Assembly (NCBI GenBank): GCA_022703055.1
Contig: JAKLEP010000002.1
Coordinates: forward strand, 352,480 to 416,479
Reading direction: 5' to 3'
DNA length: 64,000 nucleotides
DNA from: Candidatus Omnitrophota bacterium
GTDB taxonomy: Bacteria > Omnitrophota > Gorgyraeia > VGKH01
Position numbers and translations under genes: made by a program. Position 1 is the first letter of the stretch. Each line of letters begins with the position of its first letter. Positions 46,563 through 56,077 of the stretch are shown here, in pieces. The notes under the pieces were generated by a model. The model was not told the DNA's origin. It made no database searches and saw nothing but the letters and a program-made list of their open reading frames with translations.

Positions 46563-47114
46563 CTAAACTTTAAAATAACCGACCGCCCTGGATAATTCCT
46601 CTTTCTTCTGGACTAAGTTTTCCCGTCTTTCTTGCGCCTCTATAGCCTTCCCCAAATCAATAGATTTTGACTTTATCTCTGAAAGAATATTTTTCAGATT
46701 CTCGGTCATTTCATTAATGCAACCGGCCAACTTTGCCATCTCATCAGTTGAACGAAGCTGAATCTTGGTAGTCAAATCGCCCTTTCCCACCTCTTTAATG
46801 CTGCGCTCGATGTTATACAGAGGACCGGCAATACGATGCGAAAGATACATTACCACTATTGCGGTAGCAATACCAACTAACGCCACGGAAATCAAGCTCG
46901 AAACAATAAGCGAAGGCACGACATAATCAGAAGTACTGACAATTGACAGGCGTGAATTTACAAAGGCCGTGGTCACCGTATTCCTCAAGAATAGATATAG
47001 AGCGACTCCGGAAATAACTGAAGTCAAAACCACCAAGCCGCAAAATTTAAGGATGAAATTGCGCTGGAATTCTTTATCGATAAAATATTCCTTCCTTCTG
47101 TTCTGGGCATCCAT
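46563..47114 (-). CDS. Two-TM HAMP-domain protein without an output domain
   Basis: Starts with an N-terminal FIDKEFQRNF box and has two TM helices. A HAMP-like segment (HRIAGPLYNIERSIKEVGKGDLTTKI) is followed by a short coiled coil. Confidence 0.65.
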   Translation of the reverse strand: MDAQNRRKEYFIDKEFQRNFILKFCGLVVLTSVISGVALYLFLRNTVTTAFVNSRLSIVSTSDYVVPSLIVSSLISVALVGIATAIVVMYLSHRIAGPLYNIERSIKEVGKGDLTTKIQLRSTDEMAKLAGCINEMTENLKNILSEIKSKSIDLGKAIEAQERRENLVQKKEELSRAVGYFKV

Positions 47115-47132
47115 TTTCTACCTCCAGATTTA

Positions 47133-47594
47133 TTATTTCCCTTTCATTTCTTGCAAGGCTTCTTTGTTTATTTCTATTCTGGATTTTTTATAAAGTCCTT
47201 CCATCCAAATATTCAAAGCTTCTTCTTGTTTGTCCTTACTGACCCTCTGGGAAATAATCGCGCTTTCTCTCTGAATTAATTCCCTGATCAGGGTTTGTTC
47301 CCAATAACGCTCTATAGTTTTCATAAATGACTGCTTTCTATCCAGCCCCTGCCTTTGAGCCTCTTGGATGAGAACCTGTTTTCTTATTGCCAAATCAAGG
47401 ATATTCTCAAGGCCGTTTTCTTTACGCGTAGTATACGGGGAATGCTCAATTTCATCCTGCAGGTCCTGGACGGTCATAGAATAATTATTGATCTTGGCGA
47501 TGATCTTACCGTCTTGGTTCTTTTTAGAGCAACCGAAACAGAAACAGATAATGCTAAACGCTATCAACATCATCCAAACAAAATTTCTTCTCAT
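47133..47594 (-). CDS. Lipoprotein, SurA N-terminal-domain-like chaperone fragment
   Basis: Has a lipobox (FGCS). The helical region resembles the N-terminal domain of SurA/PrsA-type chaperones, and there is no PPIase domain. Confidence 0.45.
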   Translation of the reverse strand: MRRNFVWMMLIAFSIICFCFGCSKKNQDGKIIAKINNYSMTVQDLQDEIEHSPYTTRKENGLENILDLAIRKQVLIQEAQRQGLDRKQSFMKTIERYWEQTLIRELIQRESAIISQRVSKDKQEEALNIWMEGLYKKSRIEINKEALQEMKGK

Positions 47595-47677
47595 TGTCTT
47601 CCTCCTTGTAAATCATAATATTAACAAAATTATATTACACTATAATTCTGTGTTTGTCTATTCTAAAAGCTATATTA

Positions 47678-48931
47678 TTATACTCTTCTTGAGATTATTC
47701 CGGCAAGAACCGAGAGGGTTAACATATTGGCGGGTATGTGAAAATTAAAATCGACCAAGCCGTGTATAGATAAACTTAATATGCCTATTGCGCTTCCCAA
47801 TACAACAGCCTCAAGCAGGCCTAAGCTACCTTTTGATTTATCAAATTTGGATTTATCTTCCCATTTTAGCCCTGAGGAGACTAAAAAGAAAATTATCCAC
47901 AGCATTAATGGCAATGCCAAGAGACCCATTTCTGTCATCATCTGCAGATACTCATTATGGGCAAAGTTTGCCCGCACATTTAAGCCCTCGGGCCGATATC
48001 GGGGGAATCCCCATTCAAAGGTTCCGATGCCTGTTCCTATTAAAGGATTGGCTTTTATCATTTCGATGCTGCCTTTCCACATCTTTTCGCGGCCTTCCAG
48101 AAAACCTTCATTATTAACCTGTTCGACAAAACGAAGTCTCTGAGCAACATCATCTGTGCCGCTTAAAATATATACCGCTGCCACAAAAATAAAAAGCAGA
48201 AATATAATTATGGTTATCTTGGGAAGTATTTTCTTTTTAATCAAGACGATACTCATTACTAATAAGGAGAGCCCGAGGGAAATCCAGGCTCCACGGGATT
48301 GAGCGACTAATAGGGCAACAAACATGAATGCCAATGATAAAATCAAACCAAAGCGTAAAATTATCAATCTAGCCATAGATGACATCTTATCCGACTTAAG
48401 GCTTAAAAGTACAGCTATCGCAAGCGGGATAGCCATTTCAAGATAACCAGCAAAATGGTTATGATTAACATAGGTCGAGGAAAGGAAATTCTCCGGAACC
48501 CACCAGGAATGATCTAGCCCTAAAAAATACTGCGCAAGGCCAAAAACGGACATGGCTGTCCCCATAATGATTATTGTCGCTACTAAGCGGAGGCTCATCA
48601 AGCGGTCAAAATTATTCACAACAAGATAAAACGCTCCAATATACATAAGGAGTTTAAATATCTCCAAAAAAGAGGCATTTTTATAAATACTAAACACCGT
48701 CGAAATAACCGCAAGAACCACAAATAACCAAATCGGCAAATCTATTTTTGTTTTTCTGAAAGGCTCGTTATCATTATTTGCCTTCCATAGCCAAAGAAAA
48801 ACTAAAACAAGCACGACTAATTCAACTAGAGTTATCGACCAGATCTTCACGGACCCGCGGGCAAAAGGTATAAAAATCATTACCGCAATCAAGCCGAACT
48901 GCAAAATATTCCTATAAAGTTTGCTAGGCAT
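47678..48931 (-). CDS. O-antigen ligase / Wzy_C-family membrane protein
   Basis: Has about 10 TM helices. AQSRGAWISLGL and a periplasmic loop with FAHNEYLQMMTEMG are typical of the Wzy_C family. Confidence 0.8.
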   Translation of the reverse strand: MPSKLYRNILQFGLIAVMIFIPFARGSVKIWSITLVELVVLVLVFLWLWKANNDNEPFRKTKIDLPIWLFVVLAVISTVFSIYKNASFLEIFKLLMYIGAFYLVVNNFDRLMSLRLVATIIIMGTAMSVFGLAQYFLGLDHSWWVPENFLSSTYVNHNHFAGYLEMAIPLAIAVLLSLKSDKMSSMARLIILRFGLILSLAFMFVALLVAQSRGAWISLGLSLLVMSIVLIKKKILPKITIIIFLLFIFVAAVYILSGTDDVAQRLRFVEQVNNEGFLEGREKMWKGSIEMIKANPLIGTGIGTFEWGFPRYRPEGLNVRANFAHNEYLQMMTEMGLLALPLMLWIIFFLVSSGLKWEDKSKFDKSKGSLGLLEAVVLGSAIGILSLSIHGLVDFNFHIPANMLTLSVLAGIISRRV

Positions 48932-48934
48932 AGT

Positions 48935-50104
48935 TTATGGAGCTCCTGATTCTATCTTAACATCTCCTATATATAAATTACGATCTTCGCCCTTATCCGT
49001 ATTTGAGCCGTCATTGACAAAAGTAATGCTCAAGACTTTCTGGCCGCCATTAGTATCAACCGCAAAAGAATATTCTACCCAATCAGGGCTATCTACAAAA
49101 CTATCTCCAATTTCTTCTCCGTCAAGCTCAACGATCATATATGGCCAGATATTATCCGTCTGTTCACCTTTAGCCTGAATTTTAATAGAGAACTCTCCTT
49201 TAGGCAAATCTATTAAACAATACATAGTTCCTGTCCAATACATATTCCCATTGTTATAGATGTTGTTACCTCCATCCTCAGACTTACCTTGCCATTGTTC
49301 GGGAGAAATAAAATCGTTTGCAGCTTTCTCTTTCTTTAATTTATTTATTCTTTCTATTTTGGCAATCTGCTCTTTCTTGAATTCTTCAGCTTGTTCTCTC
49401 TGTCTGTAAATATCCAATAAATCTTTAACCTTTTTGCGATATTTCCAAAGATTTTTTTTCTCCAAGAAAGAATATAGAATTTTATAGCCAAGATAAGTCT
49501 TGGGAGCCACATCTAAAGCTAATTTAAAATCTTTGGCGTAATACAGTATCGCTGGATAAATTGAGGAGCCGTACCACGGTTCCAATTTAAGGGCTCTTTC
49601 AAGACATCCCAAAACAAATGTTTTCTGCTTGTCATTGAGCGAGTCCCATGATTTTAACATTTCGAATCCTACCAAATAATTATTGTGTAGATTATGCCTA
49701 TCTCTTTCGATAGTATTTTGAAAACTATCAAAAGCGCCTTTTTTATCTTTTAGCTCCAATTGTACTTTTCCCAGCAAATATCTATACTCTGCGTGTTGGG
49801 GGTTGATCCAAATCGCCTTTTGATAAATTTTTTCAGCACTTTCAAATAGCGACGTTTTTTCTCTGTCAATAAACAAACTCTTATCAACCAAACAATCTGC
49901 GTATTTGGCAAAATATTCAGAATTAAACGGATTTATCGAAACTGCTTCTAAAAAATTTTTTTCTGCCTTTTGCCATTTATGTTCTTTCTCTGATTTGATT
50001 GCTTGGCCAAACTGTAATTCGGCAATAAACGGCAAAACTATAATCACACTAAACGCAACAAACACTAAAATTAAGATAATATTCATAGCTATTCTATTCA
50101 TCAT
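48935..50104 (-). CDS. Membrane-anchored TPR-repeat protein with beta-rich C-terminal domain (possible carbohydrate-binding module)
   Basis: Has an N-terminal TM helix and several TPR-like repeats. The C-terminal ~110 aa include VNDGSNTDKGEDRNLYIGDV. The start is probably at MMNRIAM, because the longer ORF overlaps the upstream gene. Confidence 0.55.
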   Translation of the reverse strand: MMNRIAMNIILILVFVAFSVIIVLPFIAELQFGQAIKSEKEHKWQKAEKNFLEAVSINPFNSEYFAKYADCLVDKSLFIDREKTSLFESAEKIYQKAIWINPQHAEYRYLLGKVQLELKDKKGAFDSFQNTIERDRHNLHNNYLVGFEMLKSWDSLNDKQKTFVLGCLERALKLEPWYGSSIYPAILYYAKDFKLALDVAPKTYLGYKILYSFLEKKNLWKYRKKVKDLLDIYRQREQAEEFKKEQIAKIERINKLKKEKAANDFISPEQWQGKSEDGGNNIYNNGNMYWTGTMYCLIDLPKGEFSIKIQAKGEQTDNIWPYMIVELDGEEIGDSFVDSPDWVEYSFAVDTNGGQKVLSITFVNDGSNTDKGEDRNLYIGDVKIESGAP

Positions 50105-51215
50105 AATCCACCGTGCTTGTAACTTTTTCGTATACTTCCAGGGTTTTTTTGGCGATCTCATCCCAGGAGTAATTCTTCTTAAGCATCTCTATCTGTTTGT
50201 GTTTTTCTTCTTCGGAAAGATTTTTCTGGCTGAATTCGCGTAATTTCTGAATTAATTCTTCAAGATTTTCGGGAGAAAAGTAATTATCATAAGGCAGACC
50301 GATATATCTATTAGCCGGGATATCGCTTGCCAAACATAACAATCCATAACCCATAGCCTCAAGTAAGGTTATAGGTAAGCCCTCATAAGTTGAAGGCAAT
50401 ACAAAAAGGCCGGCGTGGCTATACAGCTCCTTTAATCCTATACCATTCAAATACCCTGTCAAAACGACATCATTGCTTATTTTAGCGCGCTTTTCCAGAT
50501 CCCGGCTGTATTTACTTTCATGGTCAGCCCGCCCCACAATAACTAATTTCATATTCTTTAATTGAGCTAACAGAAAGGAGTCGATCAAATTAATGAACCC
50601 TTTCTCAGGAACAAACCTGCCAACCGCTAGAATATATCTACCCTTTTTTAAATCATACTTCTTCAGCACCTCATCGGATTTTAAAGGCTCGTGGACATCG
50701 ACTCCGTTAGGAATGACATGTGAATCGCGATTATATTTACTTTTAAGGTCTTGAGCTACCATTTGAGAAATAGCTATTACCTCGTCAGCAAAACTGCTAC
50801 TTAATCTTTCTCCAACCCTCAAAACGAACTTGGCAAAACGCCCCCATTTTCTACGCCTGTAGTCAGGTCCGTGATGGGTCATTACCACCTTAAAACCCAG
50901 AATTTTTGCTAAGGGAACTAAAATTGCGGGCCCAATAGCATGAATATGAAGAATATCTGGCTTTAGTTTTCTTGCTTGAAAAATGCCTTTAAAAGTATGA
51001 ACTATGGCTTCAAGTATCTTATTCTTTGGGCAATCAAGAGGAATTAACTCTACGCCATTATAATTTTTAAGCCCTGGGTCAACGTAAGGTTTTCTGGTAA
51101 AAACAGTGATATCGCAGCCGAGCTTGGATAATTTAGGGTATAATTTCTCGCAATGCGACTCTACACCGCCCTGAACTCCCGGAAAACCTCTTGTCCCTAT
51201 AGCTACTATTTTCAT
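50094..51215 (-). CDS. Glycosyltransferase family 4 (DUF1972-type N-terminus)
   Basis: Contains GTRGFPGVQGGVESHCEKL and the GT4 C-terminal EGLPITLLEAMGYG. Confidence 0.85.
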   Translation of the reverse strand: MKIVAIGTRGFPGVQGGVESHCEKLYPKLSKLGCDITVFTRKPYVDPGLKNYNGVELIPLDCPKNKILEAIVHTFKGIFQARKLKPDILHIHAIGPAILVPLAKILGFKVVMTHHGPDYRRRKWGRFAKFVLRVGERLSSSFADEVIAISQMVAQDLKSKYNRDSHVIPNGVDVHEPLKSDEVLKKYDLKKGRYILAVGRFVPEKGFINLIDSFLLAQLKNMKLVIVGRADHESKYSRDLEKRAKISNDVVLTGYLNGIGLKELYSHAGLFVLPSTYEGLPITLLEAMGYGLLCLASDIPANRYIGLPYDNYFSPENLEELIQKLREFSQKNLSEEEKHKQIEMLKKNYSWDEIAKKTLEVYEKVTSTVDYDE

Positions 51216-52177
51216 TGTCTCAATCTAAATTTGTTTTTTAATACCCATAAAACTGGTTTTAATGGATGGTGCCATATTGCTGGAGCCGCGCTACCAATCA
51301 TCCAACATTGTTTGTTACAGCTCTTAACCATACATCTAACTTCTTTTGCGCTTTTACTGTCCCAAATCTCTTCCCAGGTCTGTACTTTTAAATTCCCCAT
51401 AGGTTGTTTTTGATTCATGCCATTACAAGCCAAAACATCTCCCCAAGGATCCAGAAAGAATCCGTTTTGACCCATCTCACAGGGAAGTAGACGCTGATTG
51501 CCTTTTATATAATTAATAAGTCCATAATTAAAATACGCCCTAAACCAATCTTTAGGTCTTTTTGATTTAAGCAGTAAATTTATCAATTTTGTAAACTCTG
51601 CGCAAACTTTATCCTTATCTTCGATGTGATTATCCCATTTTTGAAAATAATGGGAATTATGCAAAGTTGCGGTAGCGAATTCATAACCTAATTCTTTGGA
51701 TAAGAGGTAAAGCTTGGTAAGATCACCACAGTTTAAATCCTGGACAGTCATCCCGAAACCGATATCTTTAATTCCCATTTCTCTGAGCTTATAAAGCGTT
51801 TTTAATCCTCGGTTAAATCCCTCGGGTATTCTGCGAATTTCATCATTGGTCTTCTGCATTCCCTCGATGCTGATTCGAATTCCAATATCGGGGAAACGTT
51901 TAAATAGCTCAACAATCCTATCGGTAAAATAACCATTTGTGCTTATAACGACCCTCTTGGACTTCTTTCTTAAAACCTCAACTATCTTTGGCAGATCCTG
52001 GCGCACAAACGATTCTCCGCCGGTAATATTGCAAAAAAACATATTGGGAAGTTTTTCAATTATATCCACACCTATTTCCTCTGAAGGCATGGTAGGATTA
52101 TTCCACACCTGGCACATATTGCATCGCGCGTTGCATCTGTAGGTTATAATGATTGAGCCGTGTAATTTAGTTTTCAT
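51212..52177 (-). CDS. Radical SAM enzyme with C-terminal SPASM/twitch-like cysteine cluster
   Basis: The N-terminus has a CNARCNMC (CxxxCxxC) motif. The C-terminus has CEMGQNGFFLDPWGDVLAC and CMVKSCNKQC. Confidence 0.8.
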   Translation of the reverse strand: MKTKLHGSIIITYRCNARCNMCQVWNNPTMPSEEIGVDIIEKLPNMFFCNITGGESFVRQDLPKIVEVLRKKSKRVVISTNGYFTDRIVELFKRFPDIGIRISIEGMQKTNDEIRRIPEGFNRGLKTLYKLREMGIKDIGFGMTVQDLNCGDLTKLYLLSKELGYEFATATLHNSHYFQKWDNHIEDKDKVCAEFTKLINLLLKSKRPKDWFRAYFNYGLINYIKGNQRLLPCEMGQNGFFLDPWGDVLACNGMNQKQPMGNLKVQTWEEIWDSKSAKEVRCMVKSCNKQCWMIGSAAPAIWHHPLKPVLWVLKNKFRLRQ

Positions 52178-53750
52178 TCTTGCTCTCTGCTATCTCTATC
52201 GCCGTTAAGGAATGCGGCTCAAAGGTAAACTTAAAAATTGGTCTATCTATTCTAAACTCGCCATCCTTTATTCTTATATTGTTGTGGTTTACCTCATTTG
52301 TTGCATCTATGCTTGGACCATTTAAAACCCAGAAATGACCTGTTTTTGAGGGCTTAAAATCTTTTAATTCTATAGATGCAGTGATGCTGCCTTGCAAGTT
52401 TTTATTTATAACCATCAGATAAACTTTATTTTTATCTTTATCAATACTGGCGTTTACAGACAAATAAGGAATTCTATTATTTTCAACCATATAGTAACCG
52501 GAATCGACCTTCGTCAATAATAAACTATCCCCAAAATGCTTATGATACAATTCAAATACATAAAAATTAGGCCTTTTATAATAATTGTTATAGAGGGTTT
52601 TGCGAGTTCCGTCAAAATCATTGGCAATCATTCCCCAGTATTCATTCACGAAATTCCAATAATTAGCCATTAATATCCTATTCTGTGGTTCCATAAAAAT
52701 GCGTATTAACTCGGCATTTAACAATGCCGTACCTAAGCAATATCTGTAGGGAACTGGTTTTTCCTGAGCAAATCCGCCATTGTATTCAGTAACAGCAATC
52801 AGCACATCTTTTCCGGATGTCTTCTTCAAAAGTCTTAAACTGCCTTGAAAAATATTTTCATATTCAAATATAGGTATTCCTAAAGATATTTCAAAGATAT
52901 TTTCTGGTTTCATGCGTTCTAGTCTTTCTCCCCGGGCAGGCGTAGGATAAAGATGAATAATAGCAAAATCCAAGTTGTCATTTACTATCCTCAACAACTT
53001 CCTGTTCCAATCATCAGTATACAAAACAACACCTATTTTAATTTTAGGGTCAATTGCCTTCATTGCGTAATAATACTTTAGATATCTTGCTGCGTATTCC
53101 TCAGCAGAAACGTTCTTTATTCGTCTGCTATCTCCGTCATAAACTTCGTTACCTATCTCAAAATAATTCACACCATAAGGCAAAGGGTGGACGTTTTTAG
53201 CCCTTTGTTTGGCCCAGTCAATACCGCCGTTTAAATTACTTCCATCATTAGGCGCATTAAGATATTCTACTAGATCAGTGGCATCATGCTCGTCACCAGT
53301 AAAATAACTCACAGTTAAAATCGGTTCTGCTTTTATCTCTTCGCAAGTTTTTAGAAACTCGTCTATCCCATACAAGAAATGTTTACGCTTACTACCGATA
53401 GCCGTTTTCCAGTCATAATGATGCGCCCCGCAACCACCGGGAAAACGCACAGCGGAAATTCCCGCCTCTATTGCTAACGCCGTTACTTCATTAACAAAAG
53501 TTTTTTTCTCAGGATCCCAAAGTCCTGCACCGTAATCTGAATAACCATAATATTGTTTTGACCAAGATTCATAAGTTGTTGGGTCATATCCTAGAAAATT
53601 GTTGCCAAGAATTTTCTTCTCCACAGTAATAGAACTTTTGCCAACATCTACTAAAATTACATTATTCTTTGGAACAGCACATATATTATAAAAAGTAAAG
53701 ATAAATACGAAAATTAAAAGAAGAAGAAAGGCGTTGTTAACGATCTTCAT
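52167..53750 (-). CDS. Secreted/anchored clan GH-A-like glycoside hydrolase
   Basis: Has an N-terminal signal/anchor, FEIGNEVY (acid/base NE) and AVTEYNGG (nucleophile E), spaced as in (beta/alpha)8 GH-A enzymes, plus a beta-rich C-terminus. Confidence 0.6.
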   Translation of the reverse strand: MKIVNNAFLLLLIFVFIFTFYNICAVPKNNVILVDVGKSSITVEKKILGNNFLGYDPTTYESWSKQYYGYSDYGAGLWDPEKKTFVNEVTALAIEAGISAVRFPGGCGAHHYDWKTAIGSKRKHFLYGIDEFLKTCEEIKAEPILTVSYFTGDEHDATDLVEYLNAPNDGSNLNGGIDWAKQRAKNVHPLPYGVNYFEIGNEVYDGDSRRIKNVSAEEYAARYLKYYYAMKAIDPKIKIGVVLYTDDWNRKLLRIVNDNLDFAIIHLYPTPARGERLERMKPENIFEISLGIPIFEYENIFQGSLRLLKKTSGKDVLIAVTEYNGGFAQEKPVPYRYCLGTALLNAELIRIFMEPQNRILMANYWNFVNEYWGMIANDFDGTRKTLYNNYYKRPNFYVFELYHKHFGDSLLLTKVDSGYYMVENNRIPYLSVNASIDKDKNKVYLMVINKNLQGSITASIELKDFKPSKTGHFWVLNGPSIDATNEVNHNNIRIKDGEFRIDRPIFKFTFEPHSLTAIEIAESKNEN

Positions 53751-54903
53751 ATTTTTCCACTCTCAATAGTTCATACACTTCTTTTGTTTTATAAGCTGAC
53801 TCCATCCAGTCCCATTTTTGATTAGATAATTCTCTTGCATTCATAGAAATTTTTTCTGCAAGCAATCGATCAGTTAAAAGCACTCTTATTTTCTCTGACA
53901 GATCTCGAGCATCGCCTCTTTTAAAAATCAAACAATTTTCCATATCAACTGCAAATTCCTTAAATATATCTATATCGCTCGCAATAACTGGCACTCCGCA
54001 GGAAAATGCATATCTTAATACACCACTCTCAAATGCATTCTCGTATGGCACTAAAATAATATCAGAAGCCTTATAATATGATTCGATAAATTCATCGCTG
54101 ATAAAATTATTCCTAAAAACAATTCTACTCTTTAAAAACTCATTCTCTAATTCTTTCCTTAGCCATCCTATATCATAATTTTTAGAAACTTTCCCTACTA
54201 TTAAAAACATGCTATCAGTACAATCTTTTAACATTTTAAAAGCCGAGATCGCTGTTTCCAACCCCTTACCAGGTCTAATATTGCCAAAAAATAGAATTAT
54301 TTTTTTATCAAGACAAATGCCTATTTTTTCCCTCGCTTCCTTTTTACCTAACTCAGTATTAAGGAAGATACTATAATTGCCATGTGGAATTATTTTTACT
54401 TTTTCCCTTCTTATATGGTATTCATTAACTAACTCTGCTACATTTGATTTATTATGAACTATAATGAAATTACTTAATTTAAACATTAAATTAGAAAAAA
54501 GATTTAAATTGGAATTTTTGAATGAGCGGACATCATGGGGCGTAAATACAATACTAACGCCGCATATTCTCAGCATAGCAAAAAAGATAACATCAATAAT
54601 AGGCAATTCCAATATCTGGCAATGTACGATTCTGAATTTATGTTTTAAAATATAACAATAAATTTTAACCATACACCATATATATGATAGCCCTTTCTTA
54701 ATCTTATTTGACTCCCCATAAGTACCAGAAAACATTCTTTTAATTTCATAAGAAGTTACCTCGGGGTTAATTATACGGAATTTCGAAGTTATTAAAACTA
54801 TTGTGAAACCAATAGCGCTTAATTTCTCGCTTAAACTATGATCATAGTAAGCTATTCCTGTATAACCTAAAGGGCTTATTATGCAAATTTTCTTGTTAAC
54901 CAT
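53737..54903 (-). CDS. Glycosyltransferase family 4
   Basis: Has the GT-B fold pattern, a C-terminal ESGVLRYAFSCGVPVIASD and an E-x7-E-like region. Confidence 0.8.
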   Translation of the reverse strand: MVNKKICIISPLGYTGIAYYDHSLSEKLSAIGFTIVLITSKFRIINPEVTSYEIKRMFSGTYGESNKIKKGLSYIWCMVKIYCYILKHKFRIVHCQILELPIIDVIFFAMLRICGVSIVFTPHDVRSFKNSNLNLFSNLMFKLSNFIIVHNKSNVAELVNEYHIRREKVKIIPHGNYSIFLNTELGKKEAREKIGICLDKKIILFFGNIRPGKGLETAISAFKMLKDCTDSMFLIVGKVSKNYDIGWLRKELENEFLKSRIVFRNNFISDEFIESYYKASDIILVPYENAFESGVLRYAFSCGVPVIASDIDIFKEFAVDMENCLIFKRGDARDLSEKIRVLLTDRLLAEKISMNARELSNQKWDWMESAYKTKEVYELLRVEKYEDR

Positions 54904-56077
54904 TCTTTAATGTTAAGTCTTTAAGCTCCCCAATTTTTCCCATAATTAAATCATATCGCGATTCCCACGTATTATTTCTTGCAAAAGAAACCAAATCTTC
55001 TTTTATAGCAATAAATCTTTTTTGTTTCAAATTATTAATTAATGATATAAATTCTGCTTGATCGTTTGCCAAGAAAATTGGCATATTAATCTCCCTTAAT
55101 TCCTTCCATGAGGTGCTAATAACAGGCTTACCTAAAGCTAGGAACTCATATATTTTAATTGGGCTTATAAAATCAACTAAATCATTTCTCTGAAAAGGGA
55201 CTATTCCAAAATCACAATGAAATATAAAAGACGGTATTTCCTTATAGTCTTTTTTCCCTAGGAAAAATATATTATTTCCGATATTATTCGGGATTATTAT
55301 ATTCTGTGGTCCGACGATAACAAAATTGATTTCTGGATATTGCCGACCGATATTTACCAACAGGTCGATGTCAAACCATAAATCAACGGCTCCTACATAA
55401 AGTGCGATAGGTTTATTTTTTAAAATTTGGTATTCTTTTGGGACAGGATATGTTTCCTTTTGGAAATTGGATAAGTCTACACCGTTAGGGCAATAAATGA
55501 TTTTATCCTTAAATTTCTTATTTTCTTGCTTGTCTATCAGTAACTTGGAAGAAAATAGTATGACATCGGCTCGATGCATTAACTCAAAGTGCGACGCTAT
55601 AGTAGCTTTACTTATATTTTTGAAAGAAGAAAAGTTATCAAAAATCCTATAGATCAGTTTTTTGTATTTAATTATCTTTGGCCAGAATGATTGACTACTA
55701 TAGTCGATCCAAAGCAAATCAACTGCTCCAATATTTTTATGACGTATAATAGATTTAAGTGGCGGAAATATAAACTTATAATAATTATCTAAGAATAGCT
55801 TATTATTTAAGAACATAATATTATTATGATGAGGTACTAACGTAAGAGGCACATAAGACCAAACTCCTTCGGAATAAACACCCTGTTGTTTATAAATCTT
55901 GACTCTTTCTTTTATATTCTTTTTATCCGCCCCAAAGCAAATACTCAAAATTGATAGGGGTTGAGAAAAATAATACACTTCCCACTCCCTCTTGCTGAAT
56001 TCTCTAGCATACTGATATCCGCCTACCTTAATCGTACCTGTAAAATGATGAGGAGCAGCAAATAGTATCTTTTTCAT
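54896..56077 (-). CDS. Glycosyltransferase (GT-B, GT4-like)
   Basis: The C-terminal SPIKIYEFLALGKPVISTS region is typical of GT1/GT4-like enzymes such as TuaH-type transferases. Confidence 0.65.
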   Translation of the reverse strand: MKKILFAAPHHFTGTIKVGGYQYAREFSKREWEVYYFSQPLSILSICFGADKKNIKERVKIYKQQGVYSEGVWSYVPLTLVPHHNNIMFLNNKLFLDNYYKFIFPPLKSIIRHKNIGAVDLLWIDYSSQSFWPKIIKYKKLIYRIFDNFSSFKNISKATIASHFELMHRADVILFSSKLLIDKQENKKFKDKIIYCPNGVDLSNFQKETYPVPKEYQILKNKPIALYVGAVDLWFDIDLLVNIGRQYPEINFVIVGPQNIIIPNNIGNNIFFLGKKDYKEIPSFIFHCDFGIVPFQRNDLVDFISPIKIYEFLALGKPVISTSWKELREINMPIFLANDQAEFISLINNLKQKRFIAIKEDLVSFARNNTWESRYDLIMGKIGELKDLTLKNG

